This document shows, piece after piece, positions 53,041 through 64,000 of a stretch of 64,000 nt of DNA. The notes beneath the pieces were generated by a model. The model made no database searches and was not told the origin of the DNA. It saw only the letters and a program-made list of their open reading frames with translations. Every line of letters begins with the position of its first letter. Positions within the stretch are counted from its first letter, which is position 1. This DNA is from Vermamoeba vermiformis (taxonomy: Eukaryota), in assembly GCA_045837725.1 (NCBI GenBank), contig JBEWZL010000221.1:62001-126000 (forward strand). Direction: 5' to 3'. The translations under genes and the position numbers were made by a program.

Positions 53041-55356
53041 ATGGCACAATTAAACAGCGCTATATTTATTGTTTTAGTGGCGCTGCTATGCGTCGAGGCG
53101 AAGCTAATGTTACAGAGGAATCACGTTCCTGATAACTTTATCAAACTTTCGTTGGCCCAACCAGATCAGCCTCACGAATTTAGAATTGCATTAAAGCAAC
53201 GCAATCTAAATATTTTGGAGGTAATTCATTATATTCAAATTATACTAATATATTTCATAGTCGATCCAAGATTTTTCGATTTTACGTGACCTAAAAAATT
53301 ATAAAACCTATCAATAACGCTATAATAATTATAGGAAAAATTATTGGAGTTATCTGATCCTGATTCGCCCAAGTACGGTATGAACGGAAATATCTAAAGA
53401 GGATTCAGATCGAGAAGTTTGATACCTGACCTATTATTCAGGCAAATGGCTAACCAATGACCAAATTCTCGATTTGATCGCCCCTACGGAAGAAGAGATT
53501 AAACCTGTTGTTTCATGGCTCAAAGAACACGGTGCAGATCGGATCGACGACGTTTCAGGACGAGACTATATCAAAGTTTCTGCTTCTATTGGAGTCATTG
53601 AAAAATTGTTCCAAACGAGAATGCATCATTTCAAGTCTGAAGAAACTGGTAAGCGAGAAAAAACGCCGTTGTCGATCGTGATCTTGCTGACCACCCACAT
53701 CAATTAGGCAAGATTATAACACGTGCTTTCGGTGAAATTCACGTTCCAGACCACCTTCACGTAATTGATATGGTACTTGGCCTCACTGAACTCGTTCCTA
53801 AGTCTGAGATCGAGCCCGTGAAACACAAGCGAGACGTTACTCAAGATCCAATGGGCTACATTTATCCTGGCATTTTAAGACTCAATTACTATATTCCTAG
53901 TGCCTATCAGGTCCATCCTAAGAGCTCTATTAGCATTGTCAACTTCCAGGATCTGCCGGGTTTCAGTCAATCTGACCTCCCAGTTTTCAACTACAATTTC
54001 AACGAGAGCACGCATGTGGATAAGATTGTTGGTCGATTTAGCGGTAATAGTCCGGACTTCCAATCGAATTTACAAGCTCAAGTAAGTATCAAATAATTAC
54101 ATATTGCCAGCATGACGTGCGAAGTAGCGGATCCAAAATTTTTCACGATAATTTTTACGTGGCATTTAGTTTCTTTATTGACACAATGTTCAATATAGTA
54201 CGGCAGTGCTCTTGCATTAAACACTACTTTCTGGTTCTGGACGGTCGATAAGTGGCTGTACGAGTTCGCCACGGATCTGTTCAATTCTGATCCGTACCCT
54301 CTCGTCGTTGTCATGGGCTGGGGCTGGCCTGAAGACTTACAATGTCAAATTGTCGGTTGCGGAGGTGTCTCTGGCTCGTACGCTTATGTCGAACGACTCA
54401 ACGCAGAATTCATGAAACTGGGTGTCAAGGGCATTACGCTCTTAGCCTCTGCAGGCGACAAAGGAGCACCGGGAGATAAAGACAGACACTGCAAAAAAGG
54501 AATTATGTCGACCATGTTCCCTGCCTCGTCTCCTTGGGTCACATCTGTTGGTTCGACGATGCTCGGTGTTCAAGAAAACAGACTCTTTAAATCGAAGCGT
54601 CAAGCTCCAATTCCTTATGAATGCACACAGTACGTCTAATAATTAATGTATTATATTATTGTTACTAATGCTTGCAAATAGAGTCCAATGCGCAAGTTCT
54701 AGCTACGAAATTGCCTGCGCATATCCTAGTAAGTCGCAAAATGAATACAATATTAATGGTATTGATATTAATATTATTCTTGGAAATTAGCTGCATTTAT
54801 GACTACTGGTGGAGGATTTTCGCAAATTAGTCCCAGACCTGCGTATCAACACGATGCCGTGAAACAATACTTCAACAATACTTTCACGCTATTGCCTCCC
54901 GCCAATTTGTTCAATGCCTCTAATAGAGCATATCCTGATATCAGTGCCACCGGCCATAATTACTTGGTCCAAGTTGGAATGAACGGATTCGTGCAGGTTG
55001 ATAGGTACGTGGTCTGAAAGTCCCCAATCCACGTCAATTTTTTTTCTAACTAGATCTGCCAATTTAGCTCGGCTGCTTCAGCAACAGTAGTTGGCAGTGT
55101 TTTATCATTATGGAACAGCTTCTTATTTAACAACAATAAGAACTCTCTCGGATTCGTGAATCCGCTCCTTTACAAAATTTTCAAAGAGAATCCGAACGCC
55201 TACACGGACATTACTATTGGCACTAATTACTGCACGAAGAGTTGTTGCGGTACCATTGGTTATAATGCAGTTCCTGGTTACGATGTGATTTCAGGTCTAG
55301 GCACGCCTTTGTTCTCGCCATCCATCCCTACACTCAAGAAAATTCTCAAGATCTGA
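53041..55356 (+). CDS. Sedolisin (S53) paralog, copy B: intact frame but catalytic triad substituted (pseudoprotease)
   Basis: Same exon structure as copy A. FQSNLQAQ replaces xESTLDVQ and DSSAASAT replaces DGTSAATP. Confidence 0.85.
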
Positions 55357-55502
55357 AAGCAGCACTAGTCACTGTATATACCCACGTAAGCTATTATAGC
55401 AAATACTGCAATTTTGGTTTGATATAAAATCATAACTTGAAGATCCAGATTCTCTGTGCAAATTTTTTTTCGTTTCATTTTTTACAAATAGAATTTTATT
55501 TC

Positions 55503-56293
55503 TTATACTTGGACGCTATAAACATCCTTAAGAAAAATTTTTAAGTGAAAATCAGTAATTCGTTTCACCATTTCTCGGTAATGCAATTGAAGCCCGTGAT
55601 TGTCGCCTTTGAAAATTTCCAGTTCTTTTGGATCACGTGCAAGTGCGTAAAGTTGTTTTGAACAACGCGGTGTCAAACACGTGTCAGCATCGCCGTGCAG
55701 AAATAATGAAGCACAACGAGGTCCTAGTATTGAAACTTCTTCCGTGCCTGATGTTTGAGATGCGACAGTTGAAATTGCCACGACTGAATTGCGACGAGAA
55801 GCGGCTTTAATAACAACAGCACCGCCAAAAGACCATCCAGCAAGACATATTTTTTCAACTCCGTATTGAGTTTGCAGCGTGTCAATAGCTGTCAAAGTGT
55901 CAAGAAGACATTCGGCCAGATGTGCTGGTTTTCGGTAATCAATTCTAAGAACAGTAACGCCTTGTTTTTGTAGTTCAACTCCGATGTCTTCCCATGCATC
56001 ACATGGACCTGCGGTACCTCCTCCTGCTCCAGACACAAGAACGGATCCAAATTTTGATCCTTCTGATAAGTGCAATAATCCTGGATAATAACGAAATATT
56101 AATATTATAGCCCCAATACACTCAATATAATCCATTTATGATTCTATGAGAGTTAATGCTTACCAGAAACGGTACCTTTCAAGATCTGTCCTTTCGATCC
56201 GGATTCAAAAACCTTCAAACTGATGTTCGTGGGCTTAACTCTAGTGGTGCTTCTTGACATTGTAGAAAGTGCTCTGCTGATGCTCTTGATCAT
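55503..56293 (-). CDS. Small alpha/beta-hydrolase (2 exons), possible mitochondrial presequence
   Basis: GWSFGG nucleophile elbow, FLHGDAD, GDNHGL. N-terminus MIKSISRALSTMSRSTTR. Confidence 0.85.
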
Positions 56294-56594
56294 AACATTC
56301 TTGATGAAATGAGCAACCGTTCATTCCTGATCTTAAATATTCACCGAGCACGTGCCTTGAACTAAGCTCGTGATTGATGTCACGTGCCACTACAGCAACG
56401 CTTCTGATTATCACAAATTAATTAAATTATTATTATTTGACGCAGCGTCAAAAACAGTCTTTGGTTCAAAAAGTAAAAAAAAAAGGCCAAGTGGCCTGTT
56501 CTTTGGATCTTTTAAGTGAAAACGCTTGAACGAACACGTAAAACAATTTATAAAAGGAATTGCTACTTACATAATATTTGGAGCCGAGGAAACA

Positions 56595-57510
56595 ATGAAC
56601 AGTTGGCAAGATCTTCCGAAAGAATTGATCTCATTAATACTTTCATTATGCGACGATAAAACACTTGCTGTTAATATTCCACAAGTTGACAAATTATTTT
56701 ACAATATTTCAAACGATAGTGGCGACATTTGGAAAGCCAGGTGCACGAACGATCGAATTGATCTCGGTTTGAGAGACCCAAACGAGACTTGGAAGCAATT
56801 TTATTACGCATGTAAGTATATCACAGCTATTTAATACCGATAATAGACCTAAGCAGTCAACTGCAAAAATTTAATTATTTTTTTTATTTTTTTTACATTT
56901 TGTAGGTAACATCAAGTTATTTCCGCTGTATGGCTTTACAATTGGAAAATCTACTCGTGAAGACTTTCATTCAGTACCTGGCGTATCAGTGAGCCAACAA
57001 CGAGGCACACGTGGTGAGTTAGTATTGAATAAGACCACCTTCAGTTTCGATAGTTCTGGGGTTTTCACGCGTTTAAATTTCATGCGCACAATGAAGACTA
57101 AGACTATTCCTCCGTAAGTAGTAATTCCTCCTGTTAGCTGAAAATCATGTTTTAAATTTTTATTGTACCGAATCCAGATCTTGGTCAAAGTACGGATTCA
57201 CTTGGGAGACTTCATTAGAAGAGTACAAAAAAATATTCCATCGATGGAACGGAAATTATTCCATTCCAAACAAACGGCATTCAAATATGGTTAGTTTAAA
57301 TACTGTCGCTTTTGAAGGAAATTTCTATTACTTGATCCAGCTAACGTTCGAAGGTAGTAATCAAATGTGCATATATATCATTTATATACACTCATAATAC
57401 CTATTTTAGCCGATCGAGATGGAAAATTAACGTTGCTGAGGATGGATCTAACGCACGTAACGAATCCGCATTTCATCGAATTGTACACGAAGAAAGTCAT
57501 CAATGCTTAA
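56595..57510 (+). CDS. F-box protein (multi-exon)
   Basis: MNSWQDLPKELISLILSLCD...IWKARC...TWKQFY, continued by GT-AG spliced exons to TAA at 57510. Confidence 0.75.
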
Positions 57511-57669
57511 ATTACATATGTAGCATATCACCACGATTATATTTAGTCATATCGCCTTTCACCAAGAACTTGAGGACAAATTTAAGTGTTCCTAAATTAA
57601 AATTTAAACGGATCCGTTCGATTTGCTTTTTTTTTCGTTTTTGATGCTACTTTTATCGTATTTAAAACA

Positions 57670-59331
57670 TTATTTCTTTTCAACAATTTTCTTGAGGAGA
57701 TATTCTTGCATCTTAGGGAACATAGGAGTACCGAGACCAGTCACGGCGTCCCAGCCCTGAGTAGCGACGAAGGGTCAGTGAACAGTTTCGTGGCGAACTC
57801 GTATATCCATCCTGTTGCATGTAACGATGCTACTAACAAATAAAAGGCGTAACAATATATAAAGAGTTGTGTTGTACTGGACGTGGGAGAACTTCATTTA
57901 TTAGCGTGGTACAAGTTTATATTTATCGCGTGGAATTTTCCTTATAAGGAAAATTCCACAAAACACGATGGGAATTGATCTCCGTTAGTTTGGATCGCGT
58001 TATTTAATTTTATTATCGATATTATTGATATTAACGATCTTAGCGAGATCGTTACATTGCAGTCCAGAACCAAAAACTAGTGTTCAAAGCCAAGGACGCG
58101 CCATACTTTACTTTAATAACAAGTTAATATATCGTATATAACAGGAGATCGCCCAATAAAATTAAAGTTGGTACAAAAAACGAAACGGATCGGATCCGAA
58201 ACGGAATTTGAATCAGCCATAGAGTTTTTTGATAGTTCAAATTGATCATATGACTTACTTGCACATCGAGCGTTGATTCAGCAATAGGTTTGTCGCCATT
58301 GTAAGGACCAATTATATTGGTCACGGCAGCGTTCTCGCTCATTTCGGAATTGAACGTTGCAAGGTCGTTAGTACTGTACGAAGGGACGTCAAAGAACTCA
58401 ATAACGGCCAATGAGCTCATTGCGTTGACATTGTACGTCGCAGGTATTTTGTACATGTTTCTCAATTGACCGGGATAAATGATCCCAAGCGGATCCGTTC
58501 GCTCTCCGACGTACTTTTGGTTGATATTAGTACGACCGATTAAGGACATAGGCACCAGTTCAGTGAGACCCATGATCATATCAACAATTTCAAGGTGATC
58601 GGGAATATGAATGGATCCGTACACTCGTGAGACGATTATGCCTAATAAGGAAATATTAGAAAAATAACATTAAAGTTTATTAATTTAATGCGTACGAGTT
58701 TCGGGTGACTTATAGTCGTGCATTTCAGTTTGGAACATTTGTTCGATGACACTAATTCGCGCTTCAACTTTGATGAAATCACGACCAGAAACGTCGATCT
58801 CTTCCACCCCGTAAGACTTGAGCCATTCAACGACTGGTTTGATCTCGTCAAAGGATGGTGCAATTAAATCGAGAATTTGTTCAGAAGTCCACCATTTGCC
58901 TAATAAAGAAATAAGAACATTAGTGCCGAAAATAATAATAGTAAGTTGCTTTTTCGCGAGTAGCTATTCGTAACCAATGCTTCGTCGTTCAGTTGAGCTG
59001 GCAAAAAACTAGGATGATAGAACACTATTATGTACTGTAATTAGGAGATTCAGGGTCAGAACGTCGAGAAGAGTGGCCTGTTTTCAATAAAACAATTAAG
59101 AAATAAATTAGAATAAAGGACAACTGCCTTCAACTGCTAGTAATAATCTACCTCTAATTTGTCGATGTTCTTTTGCTTCAATGCGATTCTGAACTCGTGT
59201 ATTTGATGAGGATCTGTCCTAGCAACGATTTCGAACTGATCTGGGATGCGTTCTCGTTCGTTCATTAACCTTGCATCGGCGGTGATTAAAGCAAGAGCGA
59301 TAATAAATACCGTTACTAATTCGCGAACCAT
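57670..59331 (-). pseudogene. Sedolisin (S53) pseudogene, copy C
   Basis: 1-nt deletion near 59060. Solo LTR inserted in the FWFWT|ATGWIYEFAT exon. A large internal deletion joins ...KLFTD (~57775) directly to the terminal ...ATQGWDAVTGLGTP, removing the oxyanion Asp and catalytic Ser regions. Confidence 0.9.
57820..58056 (-). mobile_element. Solo LTR copy 2 (237 bp) with 5-bp TSD
   Basis: TGTAACGAT...ATCGTTACA termini. TTGCA direct repeat at 57815-57819 and 58057-58061. Contains a 30-bp perfect palindrome GTGGAATTTTCCTTATAAGGAAAATTCCAC. Confidence 0.88.
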
Positions 59332-59451
59332 ATCAAAGGTGCTGTTGTCGCGTACTCGGTAGAAGATCCCGCTTTACGAAAGTAGAAACTTCGGCTAAAA
59401 ATTCAGGATTAGAAAAAACTTCATTGCGAACTGATTAGAAATATAAAACTA

Positions 59452-59590
59452 CCAATACATTGATGGACTTCAACTCATCACTTTTGAAATTTTCGGATCT
59501 GGCTTCGGGTTCTCTTTTGTTCATCAATAGAGCATTGAGTACTATTTAAGCGATTGTCATTGCAAGAGAAACCACGAGTATGCGAGCCTT
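59452..59590 (-). pseudogene. Degenerate first-exon remnant of a further sedolisin paralog
   Basis: AAGGCTCGCATACTCGTGGTTTT resembles copy D start ATGGCTCGCATTACAGTCGTTTT. Translation fragments ARILVVF...NALLMNKR...KSINVL resemble ARITVVL...NAKLMNVR...KNLDVL. Confidence 0.5.
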
Positions 59591-59749
59591 TGAGCACTTG
59601 AGCTGTTGTTGGTGTTATAGAGACCGCGAAATGAAGGCGTCGCCCGAGTACAATTTCATCGGAATTTAATAATGAATGGCGCTATTTATTGATTAGTATT
59701 GTCTAGAACAGAACGACGAATCAATTTAAGCGCCTTGTAGTCTTTGACC

Positions 59750-61917
59750 TTAGTTCTTAATAACGTTGTTCTTAAGGTAAGCTTGCATTCTGGGGAACAT
59801 AGGAGTACCGAGACCAGTCACGGCGTCCCAGCCCTGAGTAGCGACGTAACCAGCAGTACCGCAGCAAGACTCAGTGCAGTAGTTGTTGCCAGTGGTGATG
59901 TCGGTGAAAGTGCTCTGGTCAGCAGCGTACATCTTGTACAACAAGGGGTTGGCAAAGCCAATAGGGTTCTTGCCGTGGTCCAACAAGTAGCTGTTCAAGA
60001 GAGCAATGACAGCACCGAAGACGGGAGAGGAGGCAGAAGTACCGTCGACTTGAACAAAACCGCCGTCAGAACCCAAGTAGATGAGGTAGTTGTGACCGTT
60101 GGCAGCGACGTCAGGGAAGGCGCGGTTGGAAGCATTGTATTGCCCAGTAGGAAGATTCGTGGCAATATTCAAGTAGCCATTGACGTTGGCCTTTTGCCAG
60201 CCAGGCATGCTGCTAATCAAAGAAAAGCCACCGCCAGAAGTGATCAAGGCAGCTAAACAACAAATAAGGTTAACGAAATCACAGAGACGAACTTCGAACG
60301 TACTAGGATAAGAGCAAGATGTTTCAGTGGTGATGGTGGCGCAAGTGAAACTGTAAGGCATTAATCAATGTTCGCTGCGAATAAAATGAGCTCAGACTTA
60401 CCCCTGTTGTTTGCAAATAGGAGGTTGGTTCGCTTGACGCTTGTTGTTGGAACTGGATGCATACAACATGGTGGCACCAACGGAAGTGACCCAAGGAGAT
60501 GCACCAGGGAAGATGGAGGAGATAGTACCAGCGCAGGAAGTGTCTTCGTCACCAGGAGCACCTTGATCACCAGAAGCGGCCAACAAAGTGATGCCCTTCA
60601 AACCGATCTTCATGAACTCGACGTTGACCTTGTTCACGTAGTCGAAGGATTGTTGAGTGGTCGAGCAACCAGTGATCTGGCATTGCAAGTCTTCAGGCCA
60701 GCCCCAAGACATCGAAACAGCAAGAGGGAAGCTCTTGGCGTTGAAGAGACCAGTGGCAAACTCGTACATCCAGTTGTTGACGGTCCAGTACCAGAAAGTA
60801 GTGTTCAAGGCAAGTGAGGCACCATACTGCGTCACGAATTAGCGATCTGCTACATACTTAAGGTTGAATTAGACTTACTTGAACATCGAGAGTGGACTCG
60901 GCAGACGGGTTGTTGGGCAAGAAAGGACCGACAATCTTGCTGACAACAACTTTCTCGTTCATTCCTTGGTTGAAGGCGGTCATGTCGGCGGCTGCGTAAG
61001 CACCGTTTTGGCTGGTAATGAACTCAGCGACACCATAAGAGCTCTGCTTGTTGACCCAGTAGTTGGCAGGAATCTTGTACATGTTTCTCAATTGACCGGG
61101 ATAGATGTAACCAAGGGGATCGGTTTGCTCAACATCACGCTTGCTGAGGATCTTGGATTTGCCACCGACAATAGGTTTGGGAACGAGCTCGGTAAGACCC
61201 ATAACCATTTCAACAACGTTAAGGTTATCAGGAATGTGAACCTCACCGAAGGCACGGACGACGGTGGTGCCTAAACAACGGTGATCAGATCGGATTTAAG
61301 GATCAAAAACTTTTTTGCGACTTACCGTGCTCAGTAGACTTGAAGTTGTACATTTGAGTGTGGAACATACGTTCAATGACGCCGATAGGAGCAGCAACCT
61401 TAATGAAGTCACGACCGGATACGTCGATCTGAGTGACTTCGAAAGATTGGAGCCAAGCAACAACGGGCTTGATCTCTTCGCTGGAAGGAGCGATCAAATC
61501 AAGAATTTGTTCAGAAGTCCACCATTTGCCTAGAAAACGTAAAGGAGATCAGATACCTACATTTACGAAATTCTTTCTTTTGAGGCAACTCACCGTAGTT
61601 AGGAGACTCAGGATCAGAGACATCGAGGAGGGTAGCCTGATTTTATACAGAATCGGTTAGTTTGGAGCAAAAGAACTATCGATCGACTCTTCAGTACAAT
61701 ATTTTAACTTTATGAAAAAAAATCAAAATAAATCGCCTACCTCGAGAACATCGAGATTCTTTTGAACCAAAGCCAAACTGAAAGTATGGACTTGAGTAGG
61801 GTTGGCACGAGAGAGCTTGACGAATTTGTCGGGCACTTGGTAGCGAACGTTCATGAGTTTAGCATTGATCATCGCAACAGCGAAGACCAAAGCCAAAACG
61901 ACTGTAATGCGAGCCAT
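59750..61917 (-). CDS. Sedolisin/TPP1 (S53) protease, copy D, catalytically intact
   Basis: MARITVVLAL signal, AESTLDVQ, ASGDQG, FPDVAA, DGTSASSP, GWDAVTGLGTP. Strong C-ending codon bias. Confidence 0.93.
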
Positions 61918-62138
61918 CTTGTCTTACGTTAATAAAACTAAAAACAAACAAGCAAAGATTTTTCGTACGAAAGTGTAGCGCTATTTCCTCCCTGTTTTTT
62001 TGGGAGGCAATTTGTGGCGCCAACTTACATTTTCTTCGGAACGTTCGAATTTTACGCAATCACCTTTCAACTTACGCAGTACCTTAATAATACTCACCAA
62101 AAGCGAAGCTCAAAGCTTAATTTATTTGAGTAATTGGA

Positions 62139-64000
62139 CTAATGGCCGTGGCTGTGGCTATGTCCACCGTGACCACCGCACGATCCACCGTCGCCATGGC
62201 TGTGGCTATGGCTGTGACCGCCGTGACCACCGCCACCTTGCTGAGCCAACTGCTGCAATTGCATGAAAAGATTGTTGTAATCAGCTTGAGTCAGTGTCTA
62301 ACAACAGTTAGAAGATCAGATCAGATTGCCTGAAAAATAATGTATTGTGCTTACTCTGTTGTTGACAACCATAGTAGCGACCGAGTCAACAGGCATATGC
62401 TCTTCGACGACCATATCAACAAGCTGCATGAGCATCTGTTGGAACAAGAACTGGTTCTTGCGTGGATCTTCTTCGTTATGCTCCGATCCGTCGGCGAAAG
62501 TGTAGGTCAAAATGCCAGTAGGCTTGAACTCCACCTTGGTGATGACCTTAGTATGGGCATCAGCGGGGTTGCCCTTCAACACCCAATGATCGCCCTGTCG
62601 TTCCTTAACCTCGTATCTGCGACCCTTCTCAACACGCTCCGCAGCGATCTTCTCCATTGCCTCTGCAGGGACGTATTAGAATATGATGTTACTACAACAA
62701 ACAAATTACCCATAGTGGTGGTAGAGGACGATGGCAAAGCCTTCAACGAGGTGCAGATCCAAGGCTCGGACTTGTCGTAGTCGAACTCGAAAACAGCGGT
62801 CCAGTCTCCAGGGAAATCTGTCTCAAACATGTCCCAGTCAGGCCAGAGTTTGACAGTGGCGACAAACTTGACAGGAGATACGACCTCGCTGATGATACCG
62901 TAGAACTTGATCCTATAGCACTTGTCAGTCAATTACGTTCGTTAGTTAGTTTGAGCTTTGCGTTGCTTACCAATTCTTTCCGTGCTTGGGAGTTTTTAAG
63001 TTGAAGTTGCAGCAGAAGCCAAGACCTATTATAATAGAACATTAGTAGGGCCGCGGAGTGTGCGCTCGGGATCCGACATACCAACACGAGGCTTCTTGCC
63101 AAAGAAGAACATTTCGTAGTTAGAAGGATGATACATCGCTCCACCGAAGTCTTTTTCATAGAGCTGCCATTGACGTCAGTATTACAAACAAAAGAACGAA
63201 CAATTTGACCGAACAAGTACCTGCGTTGTCTTCGTGTTCACGAAACCTTCGCTGCACATTTGAGGCAAGTCAAAAGTAAACTTTTGGCCAGGACCCTCAG
63301 AGTAGACCTCTAATTAAATGACGGTATTAGTCTAACGATAAACAATCGAGAGCAAGCGGGCACGAACCTCCTCCGTGAGCTTGCAAGAACTTGGCAACCT
63401 CAGTGTGTCCGCCTTCTTTAGCCATGGCCAAAGGTGTTGTGTTGCGCGAGGTCTTAACGTTGACGTTAGCACCGTGCTTAATTAAGACCTTGGCGCACTC
63501 AAGGTTGCCGTGGCATCCGCAGTAGTGCAACGGGGTCTCCAACAAGAAATTGGCCTTGTTCAAGTCAATAGGAACATTCTGTGCCTTGCACGTGTCGATG
63601 AGGAGCTAAATGAAGTCATTAGAGAATGCATTGCGTTATGAGGAAAAGCTTACCTCGAGACAGGCGCCAGATTCGTCTCTCAAAGCGGCGTGAACGGAAG
63701 TACTAAATAAAGTTATTGTTATTTAGTGAACATTAACAACATTTATACAAAAGATACGCAAACTAAGTTTACTAAGTTTACTACCGGATGTCAAATAATA
63801 AATAAATTTAAATTGTGGTTATGGTCTTTGATTCCAATAAAAATAAATATATTTTACTCATATTAGATTACCAAAAAATATTATTGAATTTTAAAAGGCT
63901 CCTTCCACGAATTTCGAAGGACAGATCGAAAATTAAATAAAATTTGGTAAAGTCATTTGATCGTCTGCGCGTATGTAGCACTTACAATCCTTGAACAACG
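62139..64000 (-). CDS. Ankyrin-repeat protein with uncharacterised central domains and Gly/His-rich C-terminal tail (5' end uncertain or outside window)
   Basis: TSVHAA..., ETPLHYCGCHGNLECAKVLIKHGANVN and TPLAMA ankyrin units. Spliced exons lead to terminal QQGGGGHGGHSHSHSHGDGGSCGGHGGHSHSHGH* (TAG at 62139-62141). Confidence 0.75.

Noticed and set aside
59744-61660. Long plus-strand ORFs overlapping sedolisin copy D (and similar antisense ORFs elsewhere)
   Set aside because: These are antisense shadows caused by strong codon bias and have no recognisable protein motifs.
1-64000. CRISPR arrays, rRNA, tRNA or prokaryotic operons
   Set aside because: No repeat-spacer arrays or RNA-gene signatures seen, and the sequence is spliceosomal-intron-rich eukaryotic DNA.

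Overview
Gene-dense, intron-rich (mostly 45-200 nt GT-AG introns) eukaryotic nuclear DNA. The gene content suggests an amoebozoan-like protist (inference). About 24 genes can be assembled from spliced exons: a plexin-like PSI/IPT-transmembrane-RasGAP receptor, TANGO2, two alpha/beta hydrolases, an EGF/PSI membrane protein, a Kelch protein, a divergent Rab, a DOCK GEF, three F-box proteins, an SDR, a UCH deubiquitinase, an M48 peptidase, a PRXL2-type redoxin, an S53 (sedolisin/TPP1) cluster and an ankyrin protein with a His-rich tail. Main observations: (1) an intronless NADAR-like gene is split by a 2.57-kb CACTG-ended TIR element with a 2-bp TSD, and removing the element restores a 274-aa ORF; (2) one intact sedolisin paralog has all three catalytic residues substituted; (3) a stand-alone PARP regulatory-domain mini-gene; (4) two copies of a 236-237 bp LTR, one with a 5-bp TSD in a sedolisin pseudogene and one supplying the stop codon of an F-box/LRR gene; (5) a piggyBac-like MITE in an intron. 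All family calls come from motif recognition by eye, not database searches, and exon boundaries are hand-derived.
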